NCBI GenBank assembly: GCA_964016885.1
Contig: OZ024758.1
Span: 29,016,001 to 29,080,000 of the forward strand
Source: Eledone cirrhosa
Taxonomy: Eukaryota
DNA: 64,000 bases
Reading direction: 5' to 3'
Positions 25,253 to 38,960 of the stretch are shown here, piece by piece; position 1 is the stretch's first letter; every line of letters begins with the position of its first letter. The notes beneath the pieces were generated by a model. That model searched no databases. It was not told where the DNA came from and saw only the letters and a list, made by a program, of their open reading frames with translations. The position numbers were made by a program, and so were the translations under genes.

Positions 25253-28200
25253 CTCCAGAGTATTATGGAGTATTAACAAATATTAAAATACTTTGGTCAC
25301 ATTATGAGAGCAGGTGACATGGAAAGGAATGTTATGAAAATCTGAAAGATCAAGAAGAAAGAAATGGCCAGAGTGAAGTAGGCACCTCTAAATCATCTCC
25401 AGCCATGTGTAACAAATTTATAGATTATAGAAAGAATATGGAAACAAGAAATTAGTTAATCCTTTTGATACCAAACCGCATGAAACCACCCTAACTTTTG
25501 TAATACAAAACTGTTTGTTTCAAAGTATTTATATTTATTTAAAAATTTCCATCATAAATTCATAAAGAATCTTTAACCCTTTAGCATTTACTTTACTCTT
25601 TATATACTGTTGTATTTTCACAGTAAAGGCTTTACCTCACATAATATTGATTCTATAAGATTTTGATATTATTTATTTTGAGAAAAATACCTTAACATCA
25701 GTATGAGCAGCCGGTTTGAACAGAAAGAGGTGAGAGAATTCTGTCCAGATACAGCCAATTTAAATGCTAAAGAGTTAAGTTTTGCCACAAATACTAATGA
25801 GAAAGATGTTTCACTAAATCCTTCCAAATTCTTGATTATTTTAAAAATGATTTAAAAATCGTAGACAGTATCTTTCATTAGATATATGGTAACAAAAAGG
25901 TTTTGATGACTTATATTGGATGAGATTTCATAAAGTAGTGAATGACCTGTGATAGCTTTCTTGACCAAAGAATAGTTTAAAAGTGAAAACAGTAAAATAT
26001 TGTCCTTCTCACATTTTCATATATTTACTGCTTATTTGCAATCTAGAACCTAAAATAACTATTTTTGTTTATCAAGTGTAATATTTAGTTTTTCTCTTTT
26101 GTCAAGATAATCTAATAAGGACATAAATGTAGGCATAGTTGTATGATTAAGTAGTTTGATTCACAACTACATCATTTCAGGTTCCATCCCACTGCATACC
26201 ACCTTAGGAAGTGTCTTCTACTATAGTCTCAGGTCAATCAATGCCTTGTGAATTAATTTTGTAAACAAACTGTAAGGAAGCCTATTGTGTGTGTGTATAT
26301 ATGTGTGTATGTGTATACATGTGTGTGTGTGTGAGTGTATACATGTGTGTGTGTGAGTATGTGTATGTGTCTGTCTTAACAGCAACAATATTTAAAGCAA
26401 ACAGTGTTGTTTATGTTCCACATAAGATATAGTATGGGCTGGCATCAGGAAGGCCATCCTGTTTAATGACAGCTGCCTCAAAACATCTCAACCTGTCCAT
26501 AATAACATGAAAAAGCAAACTTAAAAACAAGAAGATAATCTTTGTTTACTTGGAAATCATTTTACAAAATATATTTCTGTATTTTAAACAAAATGTAATT
26601 GTTGAGAGGATATATCAAAGAATGAAGTGTGACAAATGTCAAATTGTACTTGAACCCACCTCTAGTAACCTTAGCACAATCAGAATATTCAGTCTATAGG
26701 GAAGAGCTGCTCACAGTAGGTGTTATAATATTTATACATAGTGTATATTATTTACATTTGTGTGTAGCCAGGTCTCTCTGGAAATGGGTTCGGTGGGCAG
26801 AGGGGAGCAGTGGCCCCAAAAGTTTGCTGCAAAACCACATCGTTTTAGGTTCAGTCCCACTACATACCACCTTGGGAGAATACCTTCTACTATAGCCATA
26901 GGTTGACTAATGCTTTATGAGTGAAATTTGGTAGAAGCCCATCTTATATATGTATGTGTGTGTTTACATTTACTGTTTGTCTGTCCCGTAACAACAAAAA
27001 GTGGTTGATAAAATAAGTACTGGGGTCAATACTGAGTTACCAGCATGACTAGTGTAATCAATGAAACCAGTAAAAAATGAAAGAATATGTTTCCTTGAAG
27101 AATATGTTTCCTTGAAGTTTACTTCAAGGAAGAAATTAAACCCTTGATTAGATTCTTAAAATGATATGATTAATTTCATTTAAATGATCAGTAAATTTTG
27201 ATAATTATTAAATTCATTTAGAAAGTAAACTACAAGTCATCTTTCTTCCTGCTTATTAAATGGTTATAATGTAGTTAAAATCAGAAACGCCAACATTACT
27301 TTATTTGATAGGATAATCTTTATAATCTATCTTTTATTTTAGACAATACACTTATATTTATAGATTGGGATAAAACTTTTATTTAGTTAATCTTTAGAAA
27401 TAATGTTGGTTTCCTCAAAAATAATATGCTGCTTTTACAAATATCATTGATCTTGGCTGTACAACTTCCCACCACTGTTTAACCAGGAAGGAGGGTCAGT
27501 ATCAATGACACTTAACAGGGCCTCTGATACTGGTTGAAATGCTAGCAACATACTAGACGCCAGTAAAAGAATCCAAGGGCCATGTGATGGTGGTGCTGTT
27601 AAACTGGGTGATAGATTAATCCTTTAACATTTAACCCGGCCATATCTGGCCAGAATTCTCTCACCTCTTTCTGTTGAAACTGGCCACTCATACTGATGTT
27701 AAGGTATTGTTCTCAAAATAAATATCAAAATCTCGTAGATTTGATATTATATGAGATAATTATGTGAGGTAAAGCCTTTACCATGAAAATATAATAGTAA
27801 ATATAGAATAATGTAAATGGTAAAGGGTTAAGTTTACTACCCAAGTAAGTCATAGTGGAATTTAAACACAGAATGCAAAGAGTCAAACAAATACCACCAT
27901 CTTGTCCGATTCTCTCACAATTCTGCCAATCCGACTGGTACTTTATTTTATTGACCCTGAAAGGATGAAAGACAAAATAAACTTCAGCATGATTTGAGCT
28001 CAGAACACACAGCTGGAACATTCAGGCATTTTGTTTCGTGCTCTGACAACTATGTCAATTTGGTACCTATTTGATTTCTTGAAATAAATAAAAAATCTCA
28101 ATAGAAAAGTTAGAAATAAACTGTTTATTATGCATGTGAGTGCTTGTGCTTTTTTTTTTTTTTTTTTTTTCTCTCAATACAAACTGAAAAGACAAGTAAA

Positions 28201-29484
28201 AGTAATGTTTTAGAAATTTTCTTTTGTTAGTATTCTCAAAATAAAATTGTGCTGTGAATAAAAGTTGTACATAAGGTTGGGATTTAAGCTGGCATGATCT
28301 TTCATCAAGTGTTTAGCAAGTTAATCTTTGGGTTGAAATAGTCAAATATTTAGAAAAGAATAGCTTTTTTTTCTTCTTGTAGCTTAGTAATTCCTTGGGC
28401 ATGTCAACCCCATTTTGATTATTTTAGCTTTACTTCTATATAAACTGTTGATACTTGTTGAGGAAATAGTAATTTAAGCCCTATACACTTTTGCACTTGT
28501 TATATCTTAAACTAAACTACATTTCCTCTGTTTTATTCCTGAAAGCAAAACACAGTAGGTGCCTAGATGAAGTGGGTAGGGAGAAAGGAAGTATTTTATG
28601 TTCTACCTTTAAGTGTGTATGAATAGGAGTATGTGTTGGTGTATTAATGAGTATGTTGTCATGGTTTGATCTTCTAGAAATCATGAAATTCTTCACAAGA
28701 TGTTTAGATTGTTATGTTGGCCTTTAGTTTATATTGTAAATTTTATTTCTTCTTTAGCCAATTTAATACCAATTCACTCAAAACTGACCTTGGTTCTACA
28801 ATACAAACCCTCTAATTAAAGTGTTCATATTTATCAAAAACCTTCCATCATAATTTTATATTAGAACATTTGTTGTTTTCAAACATCGGCTTAAAAATGA
28901 GATAGTTATTTTACTAAATCAGTTTATATAATAAATTTCTTTGTTTTTATCTCAATAATCAAGAACTTCTTTCTGTCATCTTAATTTGTTATATAGTCAA
29001 ACATACAAAAAAAGAAAGAACATTATACTAAATTATTCCAAACTTTTTATTTTCAAAATTAATTTAACCCTTTAACATTTACATTACTCTATATTTACTA
29101 TCATATTTTCACAGTAAACACTTTATCTCACATAATTATTTCAAATAATATCGAATCTACAAGATTTTGATGTTATTTATTTTGAAAACAATACCTTAAC
29201 ACCAGTATCAGCAGCTGGTTATGACCGGTTTGAACAGAAAGAGGTGGGAACATCCTGGTCGGATAGGGTTAAACACATAAGTGATGTCTTTTATTAGAAA
29301 TATCATACGAAAAGGGTTAAATCTGATATTTTTTATGGAGTATGAAATGATATTTTATTTATGGAATTAATGTTGTCAAGTACTTAATCACTTCCTGAAA
29401 TATTCTAAGAATTTTGTTATGAAGTTTCTTTGTTCTTCATAAGATATATAATTAAACTGGATATGTGAAAGTTTAGTTGTCATA

Positions 29485-29568
29485 ATGGCTGATAAAAAGC
29501 AACAATGCATTGCTACTTTTAATAAAGTAAACACAGATAAAGACTTAGAATTTGGAGACGCCCATGAT
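29485..29568 (+). CDS. Candidate alternative first coding exon of the septin gene
   Basis: ATAATGG start context, 28 codons (MADKKQQCIATFNKVNTDKDLEFGDAHD), then GTAAGC donor at 29569. Phase 0, compatible with exon 37090. Confidence 0.4.
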
Positions 29569-31562
29569 GTAAGCCCTCACTGTTTTTTATGTTTTTGTTT
29601 TAACAATTCTTTAATTTATCTTGGAAAATATTCATTTTATATGACTTCATGTAATAATTTTGTTATATAGATCTTTTAATATTTCATTTTCCTACTTTAG
29701 CTCATACTATAGTATTATTACATCTTGTCATGAGACAAGATATAGAGAGGCATAGTCTCAGTCTTGTGATAGATATATCAACATTTTTAGAAAGTTTCAG
29801 AATTTTGTAATCAGGATAATTGGAGGCTTCACTGTTTCAAGAATGTACAGATTCCAGATGGTTGCTAAAACACAAACAAAGAAAAAACTTCTTTTAGAAA
29901 ATATTTTTAAAATTTTATTTTAAGTTACTTTGACTCCTCACTTTTGAAAATACATTTAATAAGTTCTAATATAGTAAATTATGATAATGCTGCTATGATA
30001 TTGCTAGTAAAGATTAAGCATACATTTAATGAATTTACAAAGAGTTGAGAGGACTCTTCAGGGGTGCAACAGCCTCCCTAGTACTAGTGCCACAATAACA
30101 TGCACCCAGTACACTCTTTAACCCTTTAGCATTTAAACTGGCCGTACCTGGTCAGAATTCCTTCACCTCTTTCTGTTCAAACCGGTTGTAACTGTTTAAA
30201 TGTTGAGGTATTGTTCTTAAAATAAATAGCAACATCAAAATCTCATAGATTCGATATTGTGTGAGATAAAGCCTTTCCCGCAAAAATCCAATAGTAGTTT
30301 AATGTAAATGCTAAAGGGTTAAAGTGGTTGGTATTAGTTTCTCAGCTGGATGCTATTCCTATGTCAAACAAAATGGACGTTAAATGATAATGATGAGATT
30401 AGAGTTTCTCACAACTATTTTCATTGCTAACTGATTTTATTTTAATTTCCTAGAAAAGAAATTCAACAAAAACTATTTTTCTCATTTTATAAAAGACAGA
30501 TTATTAGGTGTTTACTGAAAAAACATTAGCTAAAGAAAAAAAAATTACATCTAAAAATTATTAGACTATATTATTTACAATTATTTAGTGAATGTTACGA
30601 CAAAACTTATATTTCTATATTACTTGTCTAATATTTGTTAGTGTCTAAGATCACAACCTGAAAACATGAAAAGACATTTATTCCATAATAAATAACAACT
30701 CAATGGAAGACTAGATTCAATTAATACAAATCTGATACTGTGACTCAAGTATACTGACAGTGGACTATTATTTCCTGTACATCAAGTACATTACTATAAA
30801 GAGTATGTTCTGTGTTGAAACATTTGGGACTGTAGTTCATTTGAAATAAAAAGAATATTATGTAAGTGACTAGAATTAATAATGCAGATTATAGTTTCGA
30901 TGTTCTTTCCAGTTACCATATAAGTCATGAAAAAAAAAACAAACAGCCTAATTATTTTCATCCTCTAATTGATGTATTTATCATCTTAAATTATTTTTAA
31001 CTCTTTAGCATTTAAACCGGCCGTATCTGGACAGAATTCTTTCACCTCTTTCTGTTCAAATCGGTCATAACCAGCTGCACATACTTATGTTAAGGTATAG
31101 TTCTCAAAATAAATATCAAAATCTCATAGATATTATGTGAGATGAAGCCTTTACCGTGAAAATACCATAGTAAATATAGAGTAATGTAAATGCTAAAGGG
31201 TTAAGTACCATATTTTAAAACTGATAGTCAATCAGCACAACTTATAATATAAAATTACATGAATGAATGATATGTTTTTTAACCAATGAAAGCTTTGCAC
31301 TGTAAAAATATCATACCCACCACTGTGAGGTATTCTGAAAGCCTTTGTAGGAAAAGAAGCCCAATGCATTCAACATGCAAGTACAGTTGCAATATTCTAC
31401 CTGTCAAATGGGAAAACTATCTCATAATGAAGTAAAGAATGAAAAATAGTTATGATGCACAATGCAAACAGCAATGCAGCTAGCTTAGATGTGCTGCAAG
31501 ACATTCTTCACCAACCAGAGCTAGAAATCAGGTCCTTTTGTGGAACCTGAAGAAACAATAAT

Positions 31563-31745
31563 TGTTTCTACTTTAGGCACAAGGCCAGCAATTACCCATT
31601 GCATTACTGGTACTTTATTTTATCGACCCCGTAAGGATGAAAGGCAAAGTCAACCTCGGCGTGATTTGAACTCAGATCGTAAAGGGACGTAACTATGCTG
31701 GAAAGCATGGCGTCCGACCCTCCACCGATACTGCCAATCCACTGC
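31563..31745 (-). mobile_element. Full-length short SINE (central motif GCCTTTCATCCTTACGGGGTCGATAAAAT) with 17-bp TSD
   Basis: TSD CCTGAAGAAACAATAAT at 31546-31562 and 31746-31762; B-box GAGTTCAAATC. Other copies near 455-705, 9200-9410 (-), 9415-9600, 14231-14440 (-), 20975-21115, 24106-24290 (-), 39590-39735 (-), 40796-40975 and 52080-52430. The central motif resembles the MetaSINE-type domain (from memory, unverified). Confidence 0.9.
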
Positions 31746-33156
31746 CCTGAAGAAACAATAATGATGAGCCAACACAAAAATGAATTGGTATCATAGTGGA
31801 TGGTGAACCAAGCTCAGGAATGGTGCAATAAGGATGATTAATCTTTTCATTCATCACCTTCTTTCTAATGAAATACTCTATTTTAATTAATTAATGAAAC
31901 ATTTTGAGAGATTTACTAAGATAGCTTAACATGACTCTTATATAAAATTATGATGGAAGATTTAAATTCAAATCGATAAGTGGTTTTGTTTCATTGATCC
32001 AGAGCTGGTATTGGGCAGGTTGGTAAAGGACTAAACATTATTGGAAAACTTCAAATATCTCCGGCATCACACAGGGTGAGATCTCCTGATTCAAAAGCTA
32101 AATCAATGCTGTTATATATATTTAGTGAAGGCACACAACCTAGTGGCTAGGGTGTAGAGGTTCAATCCCTGGGCCTTGTAGCATGTTGTGTTCTTGAGAG
32201 AAACATTTTATTTCACTCGGCTAAAAATGGTGGATCTGCAGGAAAAATTAGCCATAGCCTTCTAATGTCTTTTGAGATTGGAACATGAGAAATTTGAGTG
32301 AGATTAGTTGAGGCTATTCTGTTAACCCTTTAATGTTCAAACCGGCCAGAATTCTCTATCTTTTTCTGTTGAAACTGGCTGTAACTGGTCACACAAACTG
32401 ATGTTAAGGTATTGTTCTCAAAATAAATACTTTCAAAATCTCATAGATTTGCTATTATGTGAGATAAAGCATTTACCATGAAAATATAATAGTATATATA
32501 TATAGTAATGTAAATTCTAAAGGGATAAATAGTGTTGAAATACAAGAATGGTGACAGTGTCATTCAGCTACCAAATTTTCTACAGTATACAATGAAAGAA
32601 CAATGTAATTATAATACATTGTTCTAAATGGAATTATTGTAAAATACAGTAAAATGTCTCATTGTTGTTGGTGTTTAATCATGTCAGTTTTTATTGAGCA
32701 GACCTATGAGTAAGGGTGTTTCAGTCAGGATCTTCCTATCTTTTGTATATTGAGCACTACTTTGTCTAATGTATCTTTTTGTTTTCAAGGTGGTAGGTTG
32801 TGAATTGAAGAGATTTGGCTGTTATCTCTCGCAGATTGAGCAACCTAACAGAGACGCCCTTATTAGTACATTATTATGAAAATATAGTGTTGGATTGCTA
32901 ACAAAATAGAATTTTTGTTATCAATGAAATTGATGTTTCTAGTGATAATCCTAATTGAAAATTATCTCTGTATTAGCAACATTCCTGCCATTTTCTGTTG
33001 CTTTGTTGATACTAGACAAAAGGAAAATATGTATTTCTAATTAGTCGTAATTTACCATGACTACTCATGTATAAACTCTCAATGTTTTATATGTTTGTAA
33101 TAAAGAACTAAGGGAATTAATATTATTAGGTTCAGATTTCTAAACATCAGCTAGAC

Positions 33157-33448
33157 CAGAGGTTCTCAAAGTGGCCGCTACAGCCCCCCCCCCTCTCTCT
33201 CCGGGGCATGTTGAGAAGGTCCAGGCTGCAGTGGGGTGGGGGCAGTAGAGAGCATATATTAAATATCAAATGATATATATATATATATAGTAAAATACAA
33301 ATATATAATATTTATTTATACATAGTATATATTATATTATTTACAATTTGCGTGTAAGCAGGTCTCTCTGGAATTAGGGTGGAGTGGGGGAAGGGGGCTA
33401 TTACATAGCCGTGAGGAGGAGGGGACCAAAAAGTTTGAGAACTGAGGT
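33157..33448. mobile_element. hAT-type MITE remnant
   Basis: CAGAGGTTCTCAAA ... TTTGAGAAC termini; no clean TSD. Confidence 0.5.
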
Positions 33449-35760
33449 AGGCATTAGTTGGGACTTTGGTAAAAAGAAAAGAAAACAAGCAACAGTATTT
33501 TGTTCCAGGTAGCAAATACTTCCTTAGCTAACTTGATATTGATAAATAAATGGAGTTTTGATAGCATTTTATAAGGGCATGTAACAGTTAATGAAAGAAT
33601 AACTGCTATGATTCTGCTGTTTAGTGATCTAGCTTTACTGAGGAAGGATTGTACATACTCCCTTAGGTGGTGGAAAGTAGAAAGCCAGATATGGCAAGTA
33701 GTTTAAAAGTAGGCGTGGGATGGTCTAAACTTTCAAAGCAACAATTATAAATGAATATAGAAAAAAAAATAGTTGATATTGTGATGATTTATCTAGCCTA
33801 ATCTTGTGAAAATAATTGAGGATAACAAGAATACAACCCTGCCCAAAACCTACTCCTGGTTCTGTGAAACAAAACAACCCATTTTAAAGTGTTCTTATTT
33901 AGATTAAAATTTTCCAACACAATTTTATATAATTTTTGTAAATCCCACGCCCTCCTAATTCTTGATAAATTAATTTTTTTATGATCATATTTCTAATAAA
34001 ATTATAAGAAGATTGATAATTGTATTCTGGATGTTTAATCCTATTAATTAACTAACATTAATAATTGTGTTGGTTATAAGCTTGGTTTAGTTGAAAATTC
34101 TCTTGGTGTATATATTGTTACACTCCACTTTTAAAAAATAGTTGTCTAGATTATGGAGCACTTGCTCCCTGTTTCAAACACTGTATTATTGAGGACACTG
34201 TTAACTAATAGAATTGAGCAAGTTATACATGTTTAAAGAATTCCTGTTTGAATATGTCAAGCAATGTTTGTGAAAAATACACAATTTTTTTCATGGAATT
34301 ATGTAAACTGAAACAAAATAAAAAATATATGCTGTCTGATTCACTTTATAATCAAGTTCAAATTTTGATATAATTTATTAAGATTGCAATAACCATATAA
34401 CATACTAACTGCTTATCTTGTACCATTAAACTTTTTTTTTTTTAGCTGTTTTAACTAGAATGATGTTTGTTTAGTGTATTGCATAAAGGCATCATTATAA
34501 ATTTATTATTCGTATATTTTAGTTTGTTAATGAGAGGATGTCCTTGTTAAAAATGCTTCACAAATCTTAGTGTGTTTTTTCCCACTTCCTTTTTCTTTTA
34601 ACTACTTACTTTATTTTACATGACTTCAATGTCGGCTGAGTAGACATTTATTTATTTGTCCTGTCTTTTACAATCTGACATTTCTTGTAGGCTATATATT
34701 AATACTGGTCTGCAAGTTGTCTATTTTCTAGGACAGAAATACTTGAATTCGGATTTTTTAAAATTGCCTGGTTTCCACCAGATTCTAACTAGTTATTTGT
34801 CACTTATTTGTTGTGTATATCTTTAAACATGTTATGTTTTGTGCAAAAATTGTGTTTAGCCTTTCCAGTACCATATTTTTAATAAAAGATACTGCCTATA
34901 ATAATTCTAATTTAAATAATTCTAAAAATAATCTAGAATTTGAAATGATTAATCATTTTTTTTATTAACTTTGTGTTTGGAACACAACTTTAACATTCTT
35001 ACATAAAATTATGATGGAATATTTTTAGTTAAATATAAACATTTTAACACAGTTTTAAATCATAAAACCGGAAGTAGTTTAAGGCTGTTTGGTATAAAAG
35101 GGTTAGTCATGTTTTAAAATCTAAACGACAGTTAAAACTAAGTATGGTAATGTAAAATGCTACCAATTTCAATTCAGTTGTATAATAGCTAAATAAACTA
35201 TTAGGCACTTCCAACTCACTCATCTCTTCTCTTATCTCACATGTTATGTCAAACCCTCTTCCTGCTAAGAACATTGGCTCTCTGAACACCCCCCCCCTCT
35301 TTGCAACAGTTTAACCCTTTAATGTTCAAACCGGCCAGAATTCTCTATCTTTTTCTGTTGAAACTGGCTGTAACTGGTCACTCAAACTGATGTTAAGGTA
35401 TTGCTCTCAAAATAAATACTTTCAAAATCTCATTGATTCGATATGTGAGATAATTATGCGAGGTAAAGCCTTTACCATGAAAATATGGGAGTGTATATAT
35501 ATAGAGTAATGTGAATGCTAAAGGGTTAAGGGAAACATCAACAGCATCAATCTCTCCAATCATGAAGGGTCTTTAAATGCTAAGAGCCCTACCTCTTCTT
35601 TCAAACCCACCAAATAAAACAATATACACAACTTATCTCACTCTTACAAAGACACATAGATTTGTGCTATTACTCTGTATTATATAATTTAATGTAAATA
35701 GAATGTAAATTATGTTTTGTATTGAGAGATAAGGACTAAGACCTTAGAGCATCAGTTATT

Positions 35761-35972
35761 TTAACCCTTTAGCATTTAAACTGGCCATATCCGGCCAGAA
35801 TTCTCTCACCTCTTTCCTTTCAAACCAGCTGTATTCGGCTACCCATACTGATGTTAAGCTATTGTTCTCAAAATAAATAACATAAAAATCTCATAGATTC
35901 AATATTATCTGAGATAAAGCCTTTACCGTGATAATACAATAATATAAAGTAATGTAAATGCTAAAGGGTTAA
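35761..35972. mobile_element. piggyBac-type MITE family A (about 200 bp), representative copy
   Basis: TTAA-CCCTTTAGCATTTA...TAAATGCTAAAGGG-TTAA. Further copies near 2302-2507, 8987-9194, 25574-25778, 27617-27831, 29064-29272, 30118-30322, 30997-31204, 32322-32528, 35311-35529, 44574-44789, 53230-53397 and 54668-54876. Confidence 0.88.
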
Positions 35973-37089
35973 ATATGAAAGCTTTAGGAAACAGTTTTAG
36001 ATACATTACTGCCAGGTATTGTGTGCTGGATATTTATGTTGGAGCAACTGAGAATTTATGATGTGAAATAAACAGTTTTGAATCATAGAACCAGGGGCAG
36101 TTTCAAGTAATTTGGTATCAAAAGGGGCTAAACATGCTGATTTTGTGTGCATAATTGGTCTACAATATTATATATCTACTTAGTGAGTTTGTCACTACTT
36201 TAACAAATACAATGAAGTCCATGCTTTCATGAGGAGGTTTAATAAAATCAAAACATGTCCGGTATTGTCTACCAGTGTAGAAAGCGGATTTAAAATGATA
36301 ATGATATTTAGCTGTTTTCCACTCCTCATTGCATTAGTATTTCTAATTAAACATGTTTGACCCTACCTAAGTTAGCTAGTGTCTTTTTTCTGAGACACAA
36401 TTCACAATTAGTGAAAGAATACAATTCAAATACAAATTTCTAATCTAAGCCAGCTGTTACTTCTTTCCATTATAATCAGGTTTTAAACTTTGTTTTATCA
36501 AACACTGTTTATTTTGATGTTTTATTTAAGTTATTGCTGTGTACTTCTTAGACAGCTTAACTAATGAACAAATGAATAATCCTGCAAACAATGCTGAATT
36601 TAATTTAAATAACATTCAATGTTAAAATATTTGATCTAATCTATTTGGTTTATTGTAATTATAGACACTTCAACTTGCCCACACAATGAATCAACTTTAC
36701 TTCTATGAGGATCTTATTTTTTAAATCATCTTTCTCTTCTAAAACAAAATCAATTCCTACTCTATATTTCAGGATCATCATCATCGTTTTTACGTTTGCT
36801 TTTCCATGCTTGAATGGGTTCGACGTGTCCTTCTCAGCACAACATCTCTCCACATGTCGTGATCATTTGCCATCGTCTCGGGGATTTGAGGTCAGCTAAT
36901 TCCCTCAAATGTAGAATTTGTATTTGAGTGAATTTTCTTACATGTATTGGCCAACTGGCCAGACATGCCTCATAACGTGGACAACCTGTCTAACCCATGC
37001 AATGACATTAAACAGTGATGATGATGGTACTTTATTTGCATTTAAATGTATAATCATTAATTTGTGTTTTCTTTTGTTTCTTTTTCCAG

Positions 37090-37348
37090 CTTAATGCTGC
37101 CAAACGGGATGCTTTTTTTAAAAACGAAGCACCACCAAAATTCGACCCTAGTGCAAGGTTCGCAATGGATCGGGAACGTACACGAGAAAGGGAAATAATT
37201 ACTAAAGATGTTGACAATGATCGTAACGAGAAACATCATCGGGAAGGTCATAAAGAACTGGAAAACTATGTTGGTTTTGCCAACTTACCGAATCAAGTTT
37301 ACCGAAAGTCTGTCAAAAGAGGATTTGAGTTTAACTTAATGGTAGTTG
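37090..37348 (+). CDS. SEPT7: Septin-7-like gene, exon encoding the polybasic region and start of the GTPase domain
   Basis: Long pyrimidine tract + CAG acceptor (37087-37089). Frame reads [16 protein letters not shown]...[30 protein letters not shown], the SEPT7/peanut-type signature just before the P-loop. GTAAGT donor at 37349 (phase 1). The next exon (ESGLGKST) was not found in the window. Confidence 0.92.
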
Positions 37349-37559
37349 GTAAGTGTTATTTTAAATACATTTTTAATAGATCTTTATTCTTTACTGAGAA
37401 AAATTTTATAAATATGAAATAAAAGGTTTGAGTGTGTGTCTTTCATTTTGCTTTCATGAAAGAAGCATAATGTGTTCAACTCATTTTAATGAAAAATTTC
37501 TTCTCATAAATCCTCTTAAAATTATTTTTATATCAATATGAAATAAATGGGTATACATT

Positions 37560-37896
37560 GGAGGCACATGGCTTAGTGGTTAGAGCATTGGCCTTGCAAT
37601 CGAAAGGTTGTGAGTTCAATTCTCAGACTGGGTGATGTGTTGTTTCCTTGAGCAAGACACTTTATTTCACATTGCTCCAGTTTACTCAGCTGTAGAAATG
37701 AGATGATAGGACTGGGGGTCCCTATCATTCCACTGCAAAGTGGTCGTGAAGGTGCCACGGCAAAAAAGCACCCAGCACTCACTGTAAATGAGGTTGGTGT
37801 TAGGAAGGGCATCCAGCTGTAGAAATCAACCCAGAATCGGTTCCCATCCCATTCTTGCAAGCAGGGAAAAGCGGACGTAAAATGAAATGATGATGA
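37560..37896 (+). mobile_element. CORE-type SINE with RTE-derived 3' tail
   Basis: Near-identical to 45283-45618 and 17697-18001. Confidence 0.88.
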
Positions 37897-38503
37897 TTGT
37901 AGCCAGTTACTATACAAAGAGATTTTTACTTAGTTTCCAATTTGATATTTGAAAATTTCACTGGGCCACTAAACTAGGCCTGTTCTTTAACTAGAAAAGC
38001 TGTGCAAGTTATCCTTGAATCATCCAAACTCTACTTATTTTTTTGATATTGAAATTTGTGAACAATAGTTTTGTTGGTTACACGTTTCCAGTGGAACAAT
38101 AACTGGTTTGCTACATTTCTTATGGGGAGAGTGGCAAATAAGTGTCTGTAACTTGTTGCAGAAGAAATATTACACTTGCAAGAGACTTTGGATAAACAAA
38201 AAGAAAAATAATACCTATTGTTTAGTGGAAAACTAAGAATTATTTTTATATATTGTTAATGTTGAGTTCTTTTATTGGAGTTGAGATAGCCTCAATTGAT
38301 CAATTAAAACATCGTTTAATTTGCCAAGAATAATAAATCACTTTTTTTTGTTACTATCAGAAAAGCAACCCTAGAGAAATAATTATGTTGTAGAATAACA
38401 AAACGTAATCATTTTTTCCTGGCAATAATGAGACAATCATCTAAATACAGCATTTTAGATACATAAATAAGATTTTGTGGTCATGTTGGACATTGTTACT
38501 TCT

Positions 38504-38960
38504 TTAACCCTTTTATGACTGCATTTCTAATGAAATATATTCAAGAAGACTTTGAAGGGATTTACTAAAATCATTAATTATTTCATTACTAACATTGTGA
38601 GGTTCTTATGCTGGAAGATTTTAATTCAAATTGGAAACCTTTAAAAGGGGTAGCTTTATTTCATAGAACCATAACCAGTTTTGGTCAGATTGGTAACAAA
38701 AGGGTTAACCCTTTTGTTACCATATTTCTAATGAAAGGCACTGCCTATAATTTTCAAATCATTTTGAAAATGGAGAAATTGATGGAATTTTGTAATATAA
38801 CGAACCCTAATATTGTTAAGCTAGAGATTGGAACATAACATAAAGGTTCTTAAGATTATGATATGAAGCTTTCAGATAAATATGAACACTTTAAAATACA
38901 CAACACAGTGTTGAAGAAGCAGGGACAGTTTCAGGTGGTTTGGTATTAAAAGGGCTAAAG
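38504..38960. mobile_element. Two tandem copies of older piggyBac-type MITE family B sharing one TTAA
   Basis: TTAACCCTTTT ends; junction TGGTAACAAAAGGG-TTAA-CCCTTTTGTTACCA. Other diverged copies near 8843-9691, 25455-25903, 28754-29320, 34858-35105, 47670-47880 and 50674-50900. Confidence 0.65.
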
